Origin: Laetmonice hystrix
Lineage: Eukaryota
Direction of reading: 5' to 3'
Length of the DNA: 64,000 nt
Assembly: GCA_965235115.1 (NCBI GenBank)
Contig: OZ249451.1
Span: forward strand, 1,798,001 to 1,862,000
A program made the position numbers and the translations under genes. Shown one piece after another: positions 1-12,000 of this stretch (its first letter is position 1; each line of letters opens with the position of its first letter). The notes beneath the pieces are model-generated. The model saw only the letters and a program-made list of their open reading frames with translations, did not search any database and was not told the origin of the DNA.

Positions 1-3000
1 GCCAACCAGGAAGCCCGGGAGGAAGAGGTGAAGCAGGACCAAGAGGCGAAGCAGGACCACGTGGAGAGGCTGGCAGTCCAGGTGGAGCTGGGCCTGCAGG
101 ACCCGCTGGATCACCAGGCCAGCGTGGTGAGGCAGGACCTCAAGGAGCCCCAGGAAGTGCAGGGCAACCAGGCTCACAGGGACCGAGAGGAGAGTCAGGC
201 CCTGCTGGACCTGGAGGTGCGAGAGGTGAACCAGGCCAGAGAGGAGAAGCAGGGACACCTGGATCTGCAGGTCGACCTGGAGAGAGAGGACAGGCTGGAT
301 CACCTGGACCTGCAGGACAGGCTGGTTCACCCGGAACCCGAGGAGAGGCAGGCCCACGAGGTGAGCAAGGACCACGTGGGGAGGCAGGAACACCTGGATC
401 CCAAGGAACGCCTGGCCAAAGGGGAGAGGCAGGACCTGCAGGACAATCTGGTCCTGCAGGACCATCTGGCGCTCCTGGGCCAAGGGGAGAAGCAGGTGCT
501 CCTGGAGCACCTGGCCGTGGAGAACAAGGTCCACGTGGAGAAGCTGGAACACCTGGTACTCCAGGTAGACAGGGCGAAAGAGGAGCCGCCGGACCTGCTG
601 GTCCATCAGGACCACAAGGACCACAAGGTGGACGTGGTGAACCTGGTCAGCGAGGAGAAGCTGGACCAAGGGGAGAAGCAGGATCACCTGGTGGTGCTGG
701 TAAGTTGAAATGAATATTCTCCACGCTTTTTATGATTTTCTTTACTCGTAATTCGATTAAAATAAACGATACTTCTAAATTCTGTATAATTTTTTTATTT
801 TATTTATGACCACCATTTCTTGATGAAAAGTCATATAAATAATGTGGCATGAATGTGTAGGTCCGGCCGGCCCTCAGGGTCCACAAGGACAACGAGGAAC
901 ACCGGGCACTGACGGACAGCCAGGCTCAGATGGTCAGCCAGGATCACCTGGCGCACGAGGTGAACCTGGTGCAGCTGGAACACCAGGCGCCCGTGGAGAG
1001 CCAGGTCAGCGCGGCGAAGCAGGAACTCCAGGACAGGCTGGAAGGCCAGGAGAACGAGGAGAAGCTGGTCCACAGGGTGCAGCTGGTTCAGCAGGCCCAT
1101 CTGGCCCTGCCGGATCCCCTGGACAACGGGGTGAAGCTGGACCACGCGGAGAGCCCGGATCAGCTGGTGCACCTGGTAAGATTTGGAAAATTAACAGTTC
1201 ATGTCTTAGCTGAAAATAATTTAGGGACTCGATTGGTTCTGTTCAGACAATACAAGATTTTGTTTTACTGTCGTGAAGCTTATACATTAAACTTTTGACT
1301 GGGGTTTCCTGTTTCTTGTTTAATGTAAATAATTTTGTGAATGTGTTTCATTTTCAGGTCGCGATGGTCAGCCTGGAGCTGCTGGCCCACGTGGTGAGCC
1401 AGGAACAGATGGACAAGCAGGAAGTAGAGGAGAAGCAGGACCACGAGGTGAGGCAGGACCACAAGGGTCTCCTGGTCAACGTGGTGAAGCCGGTGCACCT
1501 GGATCACCTGGAAGCCGTGGAGAACCAGGCACTCCTGGATCAGATGGCTCCGCTGGACCAGCTGGACCAGCCGGTACTCGTGGAGAACCCGGACAACGTG
1601 GTGAAGCTGGACAACGTGGTGAACCTGGTGAGGCAGGTCGTCCTGGTACTGATGGCCGTCCGGGTGAGCGTGGCGAGGCTGGGCCTGCAGGTTCAGCTGG
1701 TCCAGCTGGACCCCGTGGAGAGGCTGGCCCAGCTGGAGCGCGAGGAGAGCCTGGTCAAGCAGGCGAAGCTGGATCTCCTGGACGAGATGGTAAGAAGCAG
1801 TCTTGTTTTCAATTTTACTTAATTGGAAGAATCATTATATTTCCTACTGATACGATTAAACCCTTTGCTGATCATAACAAATATTGCTTGAAAAGGATCA
1901 CCTGGAGCGCAAGGCCCCGCAGGACCACGAGGAGAACCTGGACTTGCTGGGCCCGCTGGTGCTGTAGGACCATCTGGACCTCGTGGCGAAGCTGGCACAG
2001 CTGGCAGAGATGGATCACCTGGTCAACGGGGTGAACGCGGTCAACGTGGTGAAGCTGGGCAGCCTGGATCTGCAGGACGACCAGGTGAGAGAGGTGAGGC
2101 TGGACCGGCCGGAGCAGCAGGAGAGCCTGGAAGAGCTGGTTCTCAAGGACCACAAGGAGCACGTGGTGAGCCAGGTCAGCGTGGAGAGGCTGGTGAACGT
2201 GGACAGGCAGGATCACCAGGATCACCAGGTAAGGGCTTCTAATTTGATTATTAACTTTTAGGAATTAAAGAAAATTTCATAGGTATACTTCAATGATTGC
2301 TAATCAATTATTCCTCTTCATAACTCACTTAACATTGCAATTACAGGTACCGCTGGTTCTCCTGGATCTCAGGGAGCCCGAGGTGAAACAGGATCGCAAG
2401 GACCACAGGGAGCACGAGGTGAAGGAGGAGCACGTGGTGAAGCTGGAACTCCAGGATCCCCAGGGCAGCGTGGTGAGCGAGGTGAACCAGGTGCTGCGGG
2501 ATCACCTGGAACAGCTGGCCGACCAGGAGCACGTGGAGAGCAAGGATCTCAAGGACTACAGGGAGAACGTGGCGAAGCTGGAACACCTGGCTCTGATGGC
2601 AGACCAGGAGAGAGAGGTCAACCAGGTGAACCTGGCCGAGCTGGTTCCCCAGGAGCAAGAGGTGAACCAGGCACGGACGGTCGCCCAGGTGAGCGTGGAG
2701 AACAAGGACAACGAGGAGAAGCCGGAGCACCTGGTTCACCTGGAAGGGCTGGAGAACGAGGGCAAGCAGGACCTGCTGGCCCCCAGGGAGCAAGAGGAGA
2801 GGCTGGCCCGCAAGGAGGCAGAGGTGAAGCCGGGCAAGCGGGATCAGCAGGTGAACGTGGCGAACCAGGAACAGATGGTCGACCAGGTACGTCATGGTTG
2901 AAATATTATTATCATTATTGGAGAGAGTGAGATACACGGGCCGATAATGACAGGTCCTGGGATGGGGATGAAACTTAAGGGGATTATCCAGATCTAAACT

Positions 3001-6000
3001 CCTTAAGATAAATAAAATTATTTTATTTTGTATGATACGCCTACCGCTTACCAGTTCAAATGGTTACTTTAAAATGCCTGTTCGAAATGATTTACTAATA
3101 CTTTTTAAATTTGTATTAATCAGGCTCCGCTGGAGCTCCTGGTCAACGTGGTGAACGTGGTGAGGCCGGACCAGCTGGCCAACCAGGATCAGCCGGACCA
3201 TCAGGACCTCAGGGCCAGAGAGGAGAGTCAGGAGCACCTGGCACCGCTGGTCAACGTGGAGAGGCAGGACAGCGTGGCGAGCCTGGTTCTGCTGGTTCAC
3301 CTGGCAGGCCCGGCGAAAGAGGACAGCCTGGCTCTGCTGGCCCAGCTGGACCACAGGGACCACAAGGATCAAGAGGAGAACGTGGTGAGGCAGGACCAAG
3401 AGGAGAGCAAGGCGCACGTGGAGAAGCAGGCACGCCAGGATCTGCAGGGACACCAGGATCAGCTGGCCCTGCTGGATCTCCAGGCCAACAGGGACAACGT
3501 GGAGAACGCGGAGAAGCTGGAGCAGCAGGAACCCCTGGACAACGCGGAGAGGCCGGTCAAAGAGGAGAGGCTGGAGCCCCTGGGTCCGCAGGAAGTCCAG
3601 GACAGAGAGGTGAAGCTGGTGCACCAGGATCCCAAGGACAACGCGGAGAAGCTGGTCCACAAGGTGGCCGTGGTGAAGCTGGACAGAGAGGTGAAGCTGG
3701 AACTCCAGGAAGAGCGGGTGAGCGTGGTGAGCCTGGAACACCAGGCCGCGATGGATCAGCTGGAAGGCCAGGGCCCCCAGGACCTGCCGGATCCCAAGGA
3801 CCTGCTGGAAGTCGGGGAGAACCAGGCACACCAGGTTCACAGGGAGCACGAGGAGAGAGGGGAGAACGTGGAGAACCTGGCACTGCTGGACGTCCTGGAG
3901 AACGTGGACAGGCCGGATCTCCTGGTTCACAGGGATCGCAGGGTCAACAAGGCGCTCGAGGAGAGCCTGGTACCCGTGGTCAATCTGGCGAACGGGGAGA
4001 GCCTGGAACTGCTGGATCACCAGGTAAGTTGCCCTATTTTCAAATCTTTTGCGGATCACATCATTTATGTTTATAAGTGTATAAATCTGAATGGATATTT
4101 CAGTATGTAATACTAAAATATATATTTTTCCTTATAGGATCTGCTGGACCTGCTGGACCACAGGGACCAAGAGGTGAAGTTGGTCCTCAAGGACCAGTAG
4201 GAGCTTCAGGAGCCAGAGGAGAACCAGGAGCAGCAGGATCACCAGGACGACCTGCAGAAAGGGGTGCACAAGGAGAACAAGGAGCAGCAGGCCCTGCTGG
4301 ACCAGCTGGAGCTCCAGGTCAAGCTGGAACCCCTGGACAACGTGGCGAACCCGGCACAGCTGGAAGTCCTGGTTCTCCTGGACCTCAAGGTCAACGTGGA
4401 GAACGTGGTCCTGATGGGCAGGCAGGAAGTGCAGGAACACCAGGTTCACAAGGTCAACGTGGTGAGAGAGGTGAAGCAGGTCCACAAGGTGCTAGAGGAG
4501 AGGCTGGAACTGCTGGAACACCTGGTAGCCGCGGCGAACCTGGTAAATATGCTATAAAATTTGTTGTTCTATAAAGTTTTAAGTAACAGGAGAAAATAAG
4601 AAAATCTAAGTGCATTGTGCCATAACAGTATACATACACTGTGTTTCAGTAAAAGCCTTTTGGAAAAATAGTTTGGATCTGCACCGCCTTACACTGTTGA
4701 TGAAACTGTAATATGTTTCTTTCAGGAACACCTGGATCACCTGGTCCTCAGGGAAGTCGAGGACTCCCAGGTAGCGCTGGACAGGCTGGAGCAGCTGGTC
4801 CTGCTGGAGAGCGGGGACAGCGTGGAGAACCAGGAGCGAGAGGAGAAGCCGGTGAAAGAGGTGGGCAAGGTGAGCGTGGTCAAGCAGGAACCCCTGGGTC
4901 CCCCGGACAGCAAGGACAACGAGGTGAGGCCGGGCCCCAGGGAGCTCGAGGCGAGGCAGGGCAGGCTGGATCTCCAGGAACTGCTGGAGCACCAGGAACA
5001 CGAGGTGAACGTGGTGAACCAGGAACACGTGGACAGGCTGGTACGCCTGGATCCCCTGGTCAACGTGGTGAACGAGGAGAAGCTGGACCACAAGGCTCTG
5101 CTGGAACACCTGGGTCTCAAGGACAACGTGGTGAAACGGGCGGTCGTGGAGAGGCTGGACCTCGTGGAGCACCAGGCCAACGAGGAGAACCAGGTTATTA
5201 TACTAATTGCAATTCATACCAGACATATGATTTTACGTTACGCTTAGAAAAGCAAAATGCCACTGAAACCTATTAACTAGACTTTGCACCCGAGTATTCT
5301 ATTTTCTTATTATCTAATACACAACGTTATGAACACATTAGTTTAGTGTGTGTTGCCCTCTTGCAAATCCATATAGTTAATATGGAGCGAAAGACCAGAT
5401 ATAGTATTTGTTATTTTCTGCAAATTCAAGGTACCGCTGGTACTCCTGGATCACCTGGACAGCGTGGTGAGCCTGGCTCAGCTGGAGCAGCAGGACCCGC
5501 TGGCCCATCTGGACCACAAGGACAAAGAGGCGAGGCTGGTACAGCTGGACAACGTGGCGAGCAGGGCGCAAGAGGTGAGGCTGGTGCACCTGGATCTGAC
5601 GGTCGCCCAGGAGAGAGAGGTGAGGCAGGTTCCCCAGGTAGCCCAGGACAACAGGGATCACCAGGTTCACAAGGTCAACGAGGAGAGGCCGGCCAAAGAG
5701 GAGAGGCTGGTCCAGCAGGTGAACCCGGAACACCAGGAACAGCAGGCAGACAAGGAGAGAGAGGTCTTCCTGGTCAACCAGGAACAGATGGACAACCAGG
5801 TGCTCGTGGTGAAGCTGGACCAGCTGGACCACAAGGTCAGAGAGGTGAACCTGGTACCCGTGGTGAGGCAGGCGCTCCTGGTACCCCAGGACGTGCTGGA
5901 GAACGTGGCCAACCAGGATCTGCAGGATCTCAAGGATCGCAGGGACGCCGAGGTGAACAGGGTGGACGTGGTGAGCAAGGAGCCCGTGGAGAACCAGGTT

Positions 6001-9000
6001 CTGCTGGATCACCAGGTACGTACTACTCATTTCAATTTGCCACCAAGTTTGGTAAATGAAAGAAAGGTGTCTGCTCAATATTTTTCTTCCCATTTTATGA
6101 AAATCATCAAGAGCACTTAAAATGTCATTTTCAATGTAGGTTCACCTGGCGAGGCTGGTCCACAGGGACCTCAAGGTGCTGCAGGCAGACCAGGACCAGC
6201 TGGATCAGCTGGACAAGATGGACAACGAGGTGAACGAGGCGAGGCTGGAGCACCAGGTACGCCTGGATCTCAGGGTCAACCAGGAGCTCGTGGCCAGGAT
6301 GGTGAAGCCGGACAACCAGGACGTCAAGGAGAACGTGGAGAACCAGGCCCTGCTGGACAAGCAGGTTCTGCAGGAAGTCCAGGACAGCGAGGCGAACCCG
6401 GTCAGCGTGGCCAGCGTGGCGAACGCGGAGAGGCGGGATCCCCAGGATCTGCAGGACAACAAGGTTCAAGGGGTGAACCCGGATCACCGGGATCCGCTGG
6501 TCCACAAGGAGCACGGGGTGAGGCTGGAGAAAGAGGTGCCGATGGTTCTCCAGGAACCCCAGGTCAACGAGGAGAAGCTGGAACCCCTGGAACAGCAGGT
6601 AGACAAGGTGAAAGAGGTTTACCTGGAACCGCTGGTCAGCCTGGCTCACCTGGTCAACGTGGTGAACCAGGTACCCCTGGAGGCCAAGGTGAACGTGGTG
6701 AAGCCGGCCCAGCAGGACCCCAAGGATCAAGAGGAGAAGCAGGTAAGAAAATATTTTTAGTAGTTGGACTCAGATTTTCTGTTCTTTGACACTTGATTAT
6801 CAATATTAATGTTAATTGAAATACACATTCAAATATATTGTTTTAATTGTGAAATACAGGCGCTGATGGAAGCCCAGGATCTCCTGGACAACGCGGTGAG
6901 CGTGGAGAGCCTGGCCAGGCAGGAACACCTGGATCAGCAGGACAAAGGGGAGCGCGAGGAGAGGCTGGAGCCCGTGGAGAACCAGGTGCCCGTGGCGAGC
7001 CAGGAACGCCGGGATCGCAGGGATCACCAGGCTCACCAGGTCCCGCAGGTCAAAGAGGAGAGGCTGGCCCTGCAGGCAGTGCAGGTCAGGCTGGACCCGC
7101 CGGACCACAAGGACCTCAAGGACAGCGTGGTGAACAAGGAGCACGTGGAGAGGCAGGTGAGGCTGGCCGTGCTGGAGAAAGAGGCCAGCCAGGGTCTCCA
7201 GGACAAGCAGGATCCCAGGGTGCTAGAGGTGAACGTGGAGAACAGGGAGCAAGAGGAGAGGCTGGAACTCCTGGTTCCCCAGGACAGCGGGGAGAACCAG
7301 GCACACCAGGATCTGCAGGTAAATGGCAGCTAATATTTGAATTTTTATTATATATCCCAAATTTAAGATTTTGTCATCAGCATCTTCATTATCAATAACA
7401 ACATTAATACTACTATTCTTTTAATATTTTCATGATGATTTTATTCTATCTTCTATCTATCGAATCTATGTTACATTCCCTATAATTATCAGGATATCCA
7501 TCGCTATCCTTCCTTCTTTTAGCAGTACTGATGCCATTTTTACTTAATTAATTTACATTAAATTCTACTGCCTAATAGGCCAAGCTGGTCAAGCTGGTCC
7601 ACAAGGGCCACGGGGTGAGCGTGGAGAAGCAGGGCAGCCAGGATCCGCAGGAGAAGCAGGGCAGCCTGGATCCAGAGGAGAAGCAGGACCCGCAGGACCC
7701 CAGGGTGGCCGTGGAGAGGCAGGTGCTAGAGGCCAAGCTGGCGCCCCAGGATCCCCAGGCCAGCGAGGAGAGAGAGGCGAACCAGGCACGGCCGGATCAG
7801 CTGGACCTCAAGGGCCACAAGGTTCCCGTGGAGAAGCAGGACAGCGAGGTGAACAAGGCGCTCGTGGAGAAGCAGGGACACCAGGATCACAGGGTGGCCC
7901 AGGTCAACCAGGACCTGCTGGACCAGCAGGTGCCCCTGGCCAAAGAGGTGAGCGGGGAGAGGCTGGCTCTGCGGGAACTCCTGGACAACGTGGCGAACCA
8001 GGACAGCGTGGTGAGGCAGGAACACCAGGATCACAAGGTCAACGTGGTGAACCAGGCCAAGATGGATCAGCAGGGGCACCAGGACAGGCTGGTGCTCAGG
8101 GTCCTCGTGGAGAAAGAGGAGAGCAAGGAGGCCCGGGAGCAGCTGGAACGCCAGGAGGACGAGGAGAACCAGGAGCTCGTGGTGAACCAGGAACGGCTGG
8201 CTCACCAGGCCGACCAGGTTCACAAGGTGCAAGAGGTGAGCCAGGACAGCGTGGAGAACAAGGACAACGAGGAGAAGCTGGTAGCCCAGGACAAGCAGGT
8301 ATGTTGTTGATATTAAAATGATACTTGGAGAAATACCAGAGTGAACTTAATGTGGATGACATTTCCCATAGCAAGCTATTCTTCAATTCGTCTTACTACA
8401 TTGAAACATTTACTGTCACAACCAAATTAAAACCAACTATAATCACGTCTAATCAGATTGATCTTTCAACATCATTACATGACAGATCGTTATGATTCTC
8501 ATTGACTCACAGGGTCGGCTGGACAGCCTGGCGGACAAGGACAACGTGGTGAACGGGGAGAAGCCGGACCAAGTGGGGCACCTGGATCACCTGGGCAACA
8601 AGGTTCTCGTGGAGAGCCAGGCGCGGCTGGAACCCCTGGCCAGCGTGGTGAACAAGGCGCACGAGGAGAAGCAGGTACAGCAGGCTCCGCTGGACAAAGA
8701 GGAGAACGAGGTGAAGCAGGCGCCCCAGGATCAGCTGGACAGGCTGGTCCTCAGGGACCGCGAGGAGAGCGTGGCGAAGCTGGCACTCCAGGTTCACGAG
8801 GTGAAGCCGGATCTCCGGGTGAAGCGGGCAGACAGGGTGAACGTGGTGCACCAGGTTCAGATGGTCAACCTGGAGCAGCAGGACCTCAGGTATGTATGGC
8901 AAATTTCTGAAGGAAAAGGAAACACAGGACAGAAATACTTTACAAGTATTCGATACCCCAGTGGTAAAAAAAAACTATGCAATGCTCTATCTTTGTCTTT

Positions 9001-12000
9001 CTTTTGTTGTATTGTAATAATTTATTTAGTATCAAATTGTATTCAATAAATGTCGAAAATAGTTTATAAAGTATTAAACAGGGAATAATACAACACAATG
9101 CTTCTCTTATTAAGGGACAACGTGGAGAACGTGGAGAACCAGGTTCTGCTGGAGCTAGAGGAGAGGCTGGTGCACCAGGTACTCCTGGTGAACGTGGCCA
9201 AGCTGGAACACCTGGGTCACCTGGACAAGCTGGACCACAGGGACAACGAGGAGAAGCAGGTCCAGGTGGCCAGCGAGGAGAGCGAGGAGAGGCTGGTTCA
9301 GCTGGAACACCAGGATCTCGTGGAGAACCCGGTATTTATCTCGTACTTTTATATATTACAAGATAAAGACTCTATATAAACAGTAAAATAGTCAACTTGG
9401 TTTAAGGAGTAGAAATAGCTAAACCACTCAAACAGTCAGCTTTGCCAGCTCACGGTTATTTCATATGATTTATTTTTTAACGATACAACTTTTAACCTAG
9501 TATTGTCTCTGCTTCCCTAGGATCTCCTGGACCAGCAGGTCCACAAGGTGCCCGAGGAGAAGCTGGACCCCAAGGACCAGCAGGGGCCAGAGGCGAAGCT
9601 GGACCTGCAGGACAGTCTGGTTCAGATGGCCGTCCAGGCTCCCCTGGTCAGCGTGGAGAACAAGGCCCACGTGGTGAAGCTGGTGCTGATGGAACACCAG
9701 GCCAGCGTGGAGAACGTGGAGAACCAGGTACAGCTGGGCAAGCGGGATCACCAGGTTCACAAGGACAACGAGGAGAGAGAGGCGAAGCAGGACCACAGGG
9801 ATCTCGTGGTGAGCCAGGAACCCCTGGAAGTGCAGGAGGACGTGGAGAACGTGGAGAACAAGGAGCTCCTGGATCAGCAGGGTCACCTGGACCACAAGGA
9901 CAAGCTGGATCACCTGGTCAACGTGGTGAACCAGGACAACGAGGTGAGCCTGGTCAGGCGGGACCACAAGGTCCTAGAGGTGAGGCAGGAGAGGCCGGTT
10001 CTCCAGGAACGCCTGGGTCACAAGGAGCCAGAGGTGAAGCTGGACAACGAGGAGCAGCTGGACAACGTGGAGAGCAAGGACAGCGTGGTGAGGCAGGACA
10101 ACCTGGATCGGCTGGCCCTGCTGGACCTGCTGGACCACAAGGCCAGAGAGGTGAGGCAGGAGCGGCGGGTCAGGCAGGTGCTGCAGGACAACCTGGACAA
10201 CAGGGCGCCCGAGGCGAGGCTGGTGCTGCTGGAACACCTGGACAACGTGGAGAAGCTGGACAACGTGGGGAGGCTGGTACCCCAGGCACGCCTGGTAGAC
10301 AGGGAGAGCGAGGAGAAGCAGGACCAGCAGGACCTGCAGGACAAGCTGGATCGCCAGGTCAGCGAGGAGAACAAGGTGCACGAGGAGAACAAGGAGCAAG
10401 AGGAGAGTCTGGCTCACCTGGAACGCCTGGTCAAAGAGGTGAACCAGGAACACCAGGAACTCCAGGTTCCCAAGGACAACGAGGAGAACAGGGTGAAGCG
10501 GGTCGACGTGGTGAACCAGGACAGAGAGGAGAAGACGGCTCCCCAGGTGCACCTGGATCTCGTGGAGAACCAGGTAACGTATTATAACCAATATTAAACA
10601 TATATGCTTTATTGTAAAGTAAATTGGCTACTTACGTATATACAATTTCAGAACCTGCCAATTTCAAATTGGATTTTAATATTGTGAACAGGTAGCCAAG
10701 GCGGCCCAGGATCACCAGGACAGAGAGGAGAAGCTGGTCCACAAGGAGCACCAGGTGAATCTGGTCCTGCTGGACCTGCAGGACAGCGTGGTGAACAAGG
10801 CGCCAGAGGAGAGCCTGGAGCAGATGGCCAAGCCGGACAACGTGGTGAAGCAGGTACACCTGGTACAGCTGGAAGGCCGGGAGAAAGAGGTCAAGCAGGA
10901 GCTGCAGGAGGCCCTGGACCACAAGGCCCACGTGGTGAACGTGGAGAAGGAGGAACTCCCGGACAGAGAGGGCAACCAGGTGAACGAGGAGAACCAGGTA
11001 CCGCAGGACAGGCTGGCCGACAGGGAGAAAGAGGTGAAGCTGGTGCCCCTGGTTCAGCTGGACAAGCAGGGTCCCCAGGCCAACGTGGACAACGTGGGGA
11101 GGCTGGAACCCCAGGAAGTCAAGGACAACGTGGAGAAGCTGGACCTAGAGGGGAGCCAGGAACCCCTGGCTCTCAGGGTGCACGCGGAGAACCTGGAACC
11201 CAAGGACAAGCTGGTGGCCCAGGCCCACAAGGACAACGTGGCGAGGCAGGAGCTCGTGGTGAAGCTGGACAGCCTGGTAGTCAGGGAGCCCGAGGTGAAG
11301 CTGGTTCTCCCGGACAAGCAGGACAAAGAGGCGAACCAGGACCTGCTGGGCCACAGGGTCCACAGGGTACCCAAGGACAACGTGGTGAGGCAGGCCAACG
11401 TGGTGAGGCTGGACAACCAGGAAGTCAGGGAGCTCGCGGAGAACCAGGAGAGGCAGGACGTGCAGGTGACGTATATTTTAGCGTACTCACCTGGGTCCAA
11501 ACGTTGTGTTTCTTCAGAATGATGAGCAGAACGTTTTAAAATTATATGAATTTAGTAACGCTTAATTTCATAATGACACATGCTTATATTATTATATCCG
11601 TTTATCAGGTACACCTGGTAGTGCCGGACCTCAAGGTCAGCGAGGAGAGGCAGGTCAACGAGGACAAGATGGATCAGCTGGCAGGCCAGGATCCCCAGGA
11701 CAACGCGGAGAACAAGGCCAACGTGGAGAACCTGGTCAGGATGGATCTGCAGGAAGTCCGGGAGCGCCGGGACAACGGGGAGAACCTGGCGCACAAGGAT
11801 CCCAAGGAGCGCCCGGTGCTGCAGGTCCGCAAGGACAACGTGGCGAACAAGGAGCCCGCGGTGAATCTGGGCAGCCTGGTAGTGCAGGACAGCGAGGAGA
11901 GGCAGGAGCACCTGGTCAGCGTGGAGAGCGTGGTGAGGCTGGCAGCCCTGGTGGACCTGGTCAGGCAGGACAACAGGGAGCACGAGGCGAACCAGGTGAA

